A DNA stretch of 64,000 nt, taken from contig JAADVB010000062.1 of assembly GCA_023334545.1 (NCBI GenBank), positions 1-64,000 on the forward strand, given 5' to 3'. The notes below the pieces were generated by a model. It had not been told where the DNA came from. It worked only from the letters and a program-made list of their open reading frames with translations, and ran no database searches. How positions within the stretch are numbered: the first letter of the stretch is position 1; each line of letters begins with the position of its first letter. This DNA is from Salisapilia sapeloensis CBS 127946 (lineage: Eukaryota > Protista > Oomycota). The translations under genes were made by a program, and so were the position numbers. Shown here in pieces: positions 55,979 through 64,000 of this stretch.

Positions 55979-56582
55979 ATGAAGATGGAGCTCTCTTCAC
56001 GAATGCTTTTGCTCATCTTCCTCTTCGGAATGGTCTCTCGCTCCTTCATCAAGGTATCTTCTAATATCAGTATGCGTAGAATTGGATCGTAGAGCTAACC
56101 TTTGGAGCGCATAGTCGACGTTCGGCTCCAACGCGTCCATCGTGCTGCTAGTGATCATTGCCCTGTTTTACTACAACGCTCGACAGCGTGAGCAAGAGCG
56201 ATCTGTGTATGACGACATTTTGGAAAAGCAGGACCAAGCTCACGCGAAACTACTTGCGTTGGAAGGCAAGGGAGATGAAGCTATGATGAGTATGTCCATG
56301 CGCCCGACGTCCTTTAAGCTGGAACCGAACGAAATCTCCCTCATTACCGAACGCATGAACAAATACTCGAGCAAACTAGGTGGTGCTCCCAGCGACCGTC
56401 GCAAATTCCTTCGTCGTAACATCCGGAGAGCATACCTTCGCAATGAAGACGGAGACGTTGTGATTGACGATGACAAGAATGCCATTCCTATCGGATCTTC
56501 GAAAGACCCAACGAGGAAAGAGCAGCGAAAGCAGAAGCGTATGGAGAAACTAGTCGAGGACGCAGTGGATGAAACGCTCTAG
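55979..56582 (+). CDS. Hypothetical membrane protein (two N-terminal hydrophobic segments, charged tail), 2 exons
   Basis: Exon 1 55979-56053 (MKMELSSRMLLLIFLFGMVSRSFIK), intron 56054-56114 with GCTAAC branch site, exon 2 in frame with the 56142-56582 ORF. Confidence 0.7.
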
Positions 56583-56665
56583 ACGGTAGTCTGTAGTCTT
56601 ACGAAGATGTATACAATGAAAGCCTGCATGTTGCTCGATCCTACCAAACACTCCTGCTGGCTTTC

Positions 56666-59060
56666 TCATTTATATGACGCTGCAATGGAGCGAAGGTTTT
56701 CCAGATATACTTCCTTTGCAGATATTTCCACGTCCATCAGCGATAGCTACACATCCATTCGATTAATTATACGATGTTTGCTATGATCAACGAAGGTCTT
56801 TTGTACCTCTGCTTCTCGAGTCGCTCGCTCTGCGTCAGTCATGCCAAACTTCTCCAACAAGAACTTTTGCTTATGTTGCAACACTTCCTTCCTCCTTTCA
56901 TTGATCTCTTCTTCAAATATCTTCACTTCATCTTCCATCTACCCATTCACCTCGCTCATACCAATCGTCTACGTAGATGTTTGTATACTGCACGATTACC
57001 TTTCGTCTGTCGGCTTCCTGCTGGAGTTTATGCATTGCAAAGAACACGCGATCATCTCTCTATCGCCATCGATCGTTAGACAGCCATGTGTATACGTCTA
57101 ACAGAGAAGGCTTATGTACCCATAGTAGCTCAAAGGCTCGTCGAACGAGTGGTCGGGTGGTGACCGTACCTGCAGCTACGAGCTCTTTCAACCCACACGG
57201 CACTACGCCAATCGCTACGCTCTCCTATATTCCATGTCCACATAACTCGTTAAAACCGATTATCCACTGGGACAAGGTCCAACATTGCCATGGCATACAT
57301 TCGGTTGAAGAAACAGCACACTTTCATCGATGGATCGTACGAACATTTGCTCTCCATCCGCCCTGCCGTTAAAGGGCGACAAGGCGAGGACTGGATCCGT
57401 CGTTCCATCCTTATCTCGCTTCTTTTTTACATATGCATTGTACGACGAGACCTCCGGGCCACTTCCCATGCCACACACAGCTTCGAGACACTGCCACATA
57501 CCCACGACATCCAGTTCTCGCTCTTCCGCAGACTGAGTGCTGTTTTTGTCTGATTGATGTTCACCGCTAGACTCAAGCTCTTGTAAAAATGATAAAAGTT
57601 GATTCGAGTGGGGGAGATGAGGAAGTGGGGCGTCAAGTGACAGTAGATGAACGAGATGCTGTTGCATCTCTTGCATGGACTCTGTGCAGATTTTTTCCAC
57701 CAAAGCAACTCGTTCCTACGAAACATTACACATTCACTAGTCTGCTCATGCTTCGTTTGTGCAATATGTATGTTGGCCAGTACCTCGTGGTCGTGGACGT
57801 CTTGGAAACCTCGCTCTTTTAATCTCATGCATACAGCTCGAAGGTCAGACCACCAGTTTCCTGCGTGTTCTAGAACCTTTTCTTCAAGTTCAGAAAAGCT
57901 GTCCTCATCATAGTCGGTGCCCTCGTCCTGACGCGTTATTGCACTTAGGTCGATCCCTACTTCCCTCTGCGTATTGCAAAATATTATCAATGTTATCTGT
58001 ACAGTGCATGGAATAATGTACCTCTATGACGCGTAGCTTTTGCTTTCCTGTGGTTGTGTCCACTTGTCCTTTGGATATACGCAACAGAACGCCGACAAAG
58101 TCCTCTCCTTGGACAACCATCTTCTTGCTCCACTGCGGAGTAGGAGCTTTGTGAGTAAGAAGTACGACATGAGCGATTTGCTCTTTGGTCACTGCATCTG
58201 TCCATCTTAAAAACTCTTCTAGCACTTCTGATTGCATGTCGTCTAAATCTCTCACAATAAGCACTACTGGAGAGTACGGTGCAGACTTTGGTTCTTCACT
58301 TCCTTCATCAGACTCCTCATTCCTAGACGCTTCTAATACTGTCTGAGGTTTGTTTGCTTCACGAAGAGCCTCCAAGACAGCAGGAAGCTTCCGTAGAAAT
58401 GAATTTCTGTTCAAGCACATAGGCATCTATTAAAATGCTATTTTGCAATCTTATAATAACACACAACTGCGTACGTTTCGCGTGCACTAGCCGTTGGTGG
58501 TGTAAGCTTCAAATCAATGCCACGCTTGATTGTCGCTATACTTTGCATGAAGAGATCGAAGGCTCCTTCAGCTGCAAGTAGTTCTCGAAATGTTGTGTCG
58601 GTCGACTCATCAATAGAGCCTAAAGAAAAAAATTATGAGCATACCCATGTCAAATCTGTTGGTGTTGCGGATGCTATTGGACGTATGAATAATTTTGAAT
58701 ACCTAGAACAGGGGTAGAGCCGCCAAGGATGCTATTGAATTTGTATTTAGTGAGATTGCATTTAAACTTCATAAGCCTGTGGACACCATACTTGTGATAG
58801 ACTTGACCTGGGTTGTCACCGTTTGACATTGCTATAACAAATGGCACCTTTGACGGCTTATCACTGTCACTGTTTGTCATGGTCAGCCACTCTGGCATGC
58901 TATATCCTTCCTCCATCGCTACTTTTCTGCCCAATACCTGTATCCTTTGCTTTGCAGACGATACCTGTCTTCGCTCATCGTATTCGTCTGCATATTTACC
59001 CAGTAAGACGGTGCCACCAGTAGCAACTAGGGCGCTTAAAGTCGCTCGATGCGACTTCAT
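56666..59060 (-). CDS. YME2/RNA12-like mitochondrial membrane protein, multi-exon
   Basis: Presequence/TM-like N-terminus; SPVVLIVRDLDD...FLRWTDAVTKEQIAHVVLLT resembles RNA12 PVVVIDNF...EWAAAL...NIAHVIFLT; C-terminal coiled coil completed by a last exon 56746-56666 (intron 56747-56806). Internal exon structure only partly resolved. Confidence 0.55.
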
Positions 59061-59500
59061 CTTTCGTTGTCGATTTTAGTTGTCAAAATATTATAAATCT
59101 ACGCTTTATCTCTAATTCGTCTAAAATATTTTATGATGTATATGATTGGATTATAAATGCCTATTCATACGCTAAATTGCAAATGGTGTGCGCCAACAGT
59201 TTGACGCTCATTTCCAGATTTACCATCCGAGGTGGAAGCGCTGTCCATCGAGCCTGTAGGATGTAGAGACATATCAATTAGAATACGTGGCAAGTGATGT
59301 CTTTTTCTTTCTTGCAATGCAAGAAGTGAATTCCTCGTTTCTGAGCAGGCAGCGGCGCTGCAAAGCGCTGTTCGCTTGCATGAGACCAACTGTCACAGAT
59401 TGAGCAGTGTGACTGATGCCTCTCCTAATTTAAAATACATTTCATTCACACCTTTCCTTTTCCATGAACGCTTTCTATTAAATATTGACTCCATCTATCA

Positions 59501-61970
59501 CTACAGATACAGCTTCGACTTGCCTCGCGTCGTATCTGCGGACAAGAGGTCTCCACTGGAATCGTCTTCGGCAGTAGCGACGTGGTCTGAGGCTTCCAAG
59601 TCCTCTGTCGAGTCCATTTCGACGATCGGAGACATGGCTCGGCCTGTATACACCGCCAGACCGTCCACGACACTGTCGTCGTCAGCAACATCGTCACTTG
59701 ATCCGGAGCTTTCCTCCTTCAACATGGCAATATGTCTCGTAGAGTCACTCGGAGACCTCTGATTGCTCTCGATCGAATGTATCTCTCTCCAGTATGAGTT
59801 GTCCTCTTTCGATTCACTGCTCTTCCGTCGAAACCAGAGCGACAGACGATTCCCGACAGCACTTCCACGCCCACTGTTGTAAGCATTGGATTGGTTCCTA
59901 GCGGACGACAGCGCACGACGTCGTCCTGCGTTCGAGTGTTCACTCTGCAACTCACTCTCGAGTAGCTGACTGAGCTCCGTACGTCGATTGGACATGCTGT
60001 ACAAGAGCGAGTTGTTCGGGATCATCCGTCGATTCGTGAGCGACAGATTATCAATGCACGTTTGCAGCCTCTCTGCAACGTTCGACGCAGACGGTCTCTT
60101 CTTTGGATCTTGACTCCAACACTCTTTTAGCAGGCCTATGATCTTGTCACTAGGTGCAGACGGTGGACAGGATGGAATCGGCGGTCGATCTCCTCCAAGC
60201 ACAGCTTCTCTTACTTGAAAATCAAAGTTCAAATGCTCAAACGGAATCGTACGAGCGTCTGTGCAGAGTTCCCACAAGACCATGCCGAATGAATACACGT
60301 CACTCGCACGCGTGTATATGCACTTGCCAGCATCCTGGAGTATCTCTGGAGCTACAGACCACACATTAGAATATGCATCCACGGAACTAAATGCATTTCA
60401 AAGTACCATTCCATCGCCAGGTGCCTGCGAATCCAGTGCCGTCCGCACCATAGGCTGTTCGGAAGACAGACGTAAGGTTCGACACATTCGTGCTGCCTTT
60501 TGCCTTCTCTGCCTGTCCTCGATGGACGACGTCAATGACTTTGGAAATACCAAAATCTGCTAGTTTCGCCTGCCAATTCTCCGTCACCAAAATGTTCGAC
60601 GCCTTGAGATCTCGATGGATGTACGTCGGGTTCCTCGCATGGAGGTACACCAGTCCTTGTGCCACATGAGATGCCAGCATGAGTTTTTGCGGCCAAGGCA
60701 AACTGCTCTCTCTTAGTACGTCCTTCAGACTGCCTCTCGCACAATATTCGCTGATGATCCCGAGCTTGGAGCCGTAGTACCCGACTTGAAGGAATAACGT
60801 GATGTGCGGGTGACGCAGTCGAGCACACATCTCTGCTTCCTCCAAAAACGCATTCTCTGCGTCCTTGATGAACGTCTGGTAGAGGTCTAGATCATCATTT
60901 TCCCCTGTCTGCGGTGGCCGGATGACCTTGAGTGCCACATCAATGCCTAGCCACCTGCACTTATACACGACACCAGCTGCACCTTCCCCAATGCACTCCA
61001 CGTCTGATAGGCCATCAAACTCCACTAGACTCGTATACCCATTGTTAATCTGTGCTCCATTCGGTGCTTTTGCAGCGGAAGGCACGCCATTGGAAGCGGA
61101 GGCACCTGTGATACGCATACACAGGTACGTCAGGATGGGTCGCAAGCCATATGTGAAGGCATTCCAGATTGGCACAAGGTACACGAGGACTTGCGGTACT
61201 AGCTTTAGGACGATACTGAGCTCATGGTCAGCGAATAAGACGCCATACTTAATTGTTAAAACCACTAAAGGTAGATGTAAGGCTGTCGTCCAGAGCAAGT
61301 GACGAGTTATTCGGCCTTGGACCGAGAATATCTTTTGTTGTAGCGTCATCGAGAAGAGTGTGAGAAGCACGGACCCACATGTGATTGCAAACATGGCCGC
61401 AAGGTACGACCGGGCTACGATGCCTAAAACCGTTTCCTTTGCCTCTTGCATTGTGTTGTCCGAGTCCATAAATTGAGCCTGTAGTTTGGTCGTGAGGACG
61501 CTGTAGACGAGGCCGAGTGTCCATAACCCCGTCCAGAAGAGTTTGATGTGGAATTTCGGAGTGCATCGCATCAGTATGAATGTAGCAATGCCCACGTTCC
61601 CAACCAAGTGTGTAAAGAGGCCCATGCGGTACACGCCGTGGATGACGATTGCAGTTGGACTCGAGTTAGGCTGTGCGATGCGAAAGGCATTGTCCACTAC
61701 GCTTAAGAGAACGAACCACCAGTCGGATAGTGACAAGGTGAAGAAGAGCAGGTCTGACACGGACAGTCGTAGTCTCCGGAAGAGTACAGACACACATGCG
61801 GAGCAGCACACAAGGGAGAAGCTGGCGATGCCAAGGAGCACCGCGGAGCTCGGGGACTCCGACGCCATGCGTGTGCTGAGAAATGTACTTGCTTTCATTA
61901 TGCACTTGAAGCCAGTTTCCATTGGTGGAATTTGGGACGCGAACAGAAGTTTCCCACCTATTGCCGCCAT
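59501..61970 (-). CDS. 7TM GPCR-like domain fused to a TKL protein kinase (GPCR-TKL), 2 exons
   Basis: Seven hydrophobic segments ending IWNAFTYG, then GEGAAGVVY, VALK, HRDLKASN, DFG, RWN|APE (intron 60352-60406), DVYSFG. Start is 61970 or 61868. Confidence 0.9.
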
Positions 61971-62994
61971 GGCATCAAGTGCGGAGGCGTGCAGGACACG
62001 AAGAGGTATCCTAACAAACGGCGGAAGATTTACGAAGTGTAAAGCTACAGAGTCATAGTAAAGCCTTTTGAAAGCATGGAATGCAAGGTGGCAAATCGAG
62101 TATCCGAATGATAATTCAGCGCCGTACCACCATGCTCGTCATCGTACCTACAAAGTCGAATTTAAACCTTTTCACCTATCGTCCATTTCCTCAGAGCTCG
62201 CTTGATTGATTTGCACGTGTTTTATACACCTCTTCCTTGATGCAATGGGGAATGCAAAGGATCGCTTCAATTTTCGTGCCACTTCCTAGAATCCGTACGG
62301 TCATATCTCACAGCGCGCTTCCTCCGACTTTCTGTAACATCTACTCTCAGCTAAGATTGTAGTCTGCTTTATGCTACCTCTTGTGATAATATGAGTCTCT
62401 TTGGCATTTAATGACATTGGCAAAGTCATGGTGTCCTAGGCCAAGTGTCCAACCTACTTCTTTCCATTCTTGTCCTTTCATTCGTGCGCATGCAAAGACA
62501 GTAGCAGGTCAAGAGACTTCAAGCCAAAGCTTGATGTGAGAAGTAGATGAGAAGTTTTCTTGCATACAGGTGGAAATAAAGCTTGGGAGTACGGAAACAC
62601 AGAGAGATATGTTGAGATGATTTGCTGGTCAACACTAGTTGCAGTTCATGCACATTCGATACAAGAAGCCTTCTAGTAGCTCCAATATCGCTAGTACAAT
62701 GTGAAAGTTCACATAGATTGCCAGTGTATCATCTATACATGTAGTGCAGTGTTAAATTCCATTTCATCCTATTTTGACGTTTCCTTGTCCAGGTTTCCGG
62801 TAACCAAATTTTCTTTAGCGACTGGCATTTGTCATGGCGATCGTACATTTAACAAACAAATACACTCGTTCACGTGTCAAAACATTCTATTGATACAATC
62901 TAACACCCATTGGTATGTACAGGCTACCTCCATGCGTATTCGCTCGGTATACATCTTACTAGACAATCTAAAAGCGTCGACTATGCGCTGCAAA

Positions 62995-63993
62995 TTATAC
63001 CTTGCGCATTTTACCGGTCGTTGAGCGAGTTGCCTTCGCAGCAGTTTGATGCATTTGGCAGTGGTTTCCTTTTCGTACAGAACGAGTGCACCCAGACATC
63101 TCACACCGCCTGCCTCCGCCGTGGGAAATGCAATATCCGTTCCCTCGATCTTTCTTCGTACATCCGTCGAAGATGCAGCGACGGATACCTCCGTGTAAAT
63201 AGCATAAGCCAAGTCGCTGCGTTCCTTTGTCACATCCGGGAACACTGCACTTCTTACCGCCTCCATGCGCTCTACAAAGCCCTCCTCCCTGAGAACTTTT
63301 ATGACAACCTTCCCTTTGGCAACGAGCACCGCCGCCATGCGTCTTGCATCGATTGTTTGACTGCGCTCTTCGAACGCATCCGTCCACCACACACTGTTTA
63401 GCTTTGCGAGGTGCCCTCAATGACTTTGATCCGTTCTCGCGTCCGAGAGACGATGGTGGAACGTATAAAGGATTCGGGATGATTGTACTGGCTGAGATGC
63501 TTGCATTACTGGTAGAAGGGAGCACAAAGGTCGCTGTCGACGGCGTATGCATGGACATTGGAATGTTGGACATGGTAGTTGCCAAGTGATTGCTGTACTG
63601 AGGATAACCCAAATGGAAAGAAGAGTGTGCGTTGTGATTCGCCATTGCTGGTCCTGTTGGGTGAACCGCTCCCAACATGTTGGCACTCGGTGACGTCCCA
63701 TTAATTGATCCAATTGACGACATGGATATGTTGCGTGATCGCGAGGCTCCACTGGCCACATCTTCCCATGTATCCCGCAGGAAAGTGTCAAAGGCCGGTG
63801 AAAGTGTTCTCGAGCCTCTTGTTTCTTCCTTTACGAATGGTGAATGGGCTCCATGTCCGCCCAACTTGACGAAACTGTGTCGAGCTCCACTCTGATTGCC
63901 AATGGGGGCTGTAATGCGCATGGAGGTATTCATTTTCGAGTCTGCTCGAGGTGTCGGGAGCCCATCGGAGCTTATAACACTCAAAGCGTCCAT
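62995..63993 (-). CDS. WRKY19-like zinc-finger repeat protein (C-x4-C-x9-C-x2-H-GGG)
   Basis: Five repeats such as CQREGCHKSSQGGGLCRAHGGG after a low-complexity N-terminus. The frame stays open to the window edge, so the start may be further upstream. Confidence 0.88.
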   Translation of the reverse strand: MDALSVISSDGLPTPRADSKMNTSMRITAPIGNQSGARHSFVKLGGHGAHSPFVKEETRGSRTLSPAFDTFLRDTWEDVASGASRSRNISMSSIGSINGTSPSANMLGAVHPTGPAMANHNAHSSFHLGYPQYSNHLATTMSNIPMSMHTPSTATFVLPSTSNASISASTIIPNPLYVPPSSLGRENGSKSLRAPRKAKQCVVDGCVRRAQSNNRCKTHGGGARCQREGCHKSSQGGGLCRAHGGGKKCSVPGCDKGTQRLGLCYLHGGIRRCIFDGCTKKDRGNGYCISHGGGRRCEMSGCTRSVRKGNHCQMHQTAAKATRSTTGKMRKV

Positions 63994-64000
63994 CGAGTCC

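Noticed and set aside
59207-59222. Plus-strand INR/FPR-like match GCTCATTTCCAGATTT
   Set aside because: No plausible plus-strand gene follows; likely chance, although an antisense transcript to the kinase cannot be excluded.
62877-63392. 171-aa same-strand overlapping ORF within the WRKY19-like gene
   Set aside because: Alternate frame of the Cys/Gly repeats; no motif support.
1-64000. Prokaryotic-type systems (operons, CRISPR, defence islands), transposons, rRNA/tRNA, and a possible lipid/glycan gene cluster
   Set aside because: The DNA is intron-containing and eukaryotic; I saw no repeat-spacer arrays, transposase or RT motifs, or tRNA cloverleafs. The lipid and glycan genes are interspersed with unrelated housekeeping genes, so a functional cluster is unsupported.

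Overview
Eukaryotic nuclear DNA, most likely an oomycete or close stramenopile relative. The evidence is short GT-AG introns (mostly ~50-60 nt, several with a CTAAC branch site), a 7TM-receptor/TKL-kinase fusion, WRKY19-like CCCH-GGG repeats and an INR/FPR-like promoter motif. The window is very gene-dense, with about 35 protein-coding genes and convergent stop codons often only 26-83 bp apart. Most genes are recognisable housekeeping genes: GH38 alpha-mannosidase (cut by the left edge), LCB1/SPTLC1, CMC1, NAGLU, CDP-DAG synthase, VPS8, glucosidase II beta, NT5C3, GRWD1, NDUFAF6, BCP1, an FAD monooxygenase, NMA111, PUS10, BTAF1/MOT1 and DOLPP1. I saw no rRNA, tRNA, transposon or CRISPR array. 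The most unusual items came from reconstructing spliced genes by hand: (i) a 7-exon gene with mirror-symmetric order Zn-ribbon/SH3/LIM/LIM/coiled-coil/LIM/LIM/SH3/Zn-ribbon; (ii) a RING/Tudor-like/BRCT-BRCT protein head-to-head with a tandem double-chromodomain protein; (iii) a GPCR-TKL kinase; (iv) a small single-TM protein sharing a ~126-bp divergent promoter with LCB1; (v) divergent GEMIN8-, MLF-, KIX- and YME2-like proteins. Family calls are from motif recognition by eye, not database searches, and exon boundaries are inferred from frame continuity and splice consensus.
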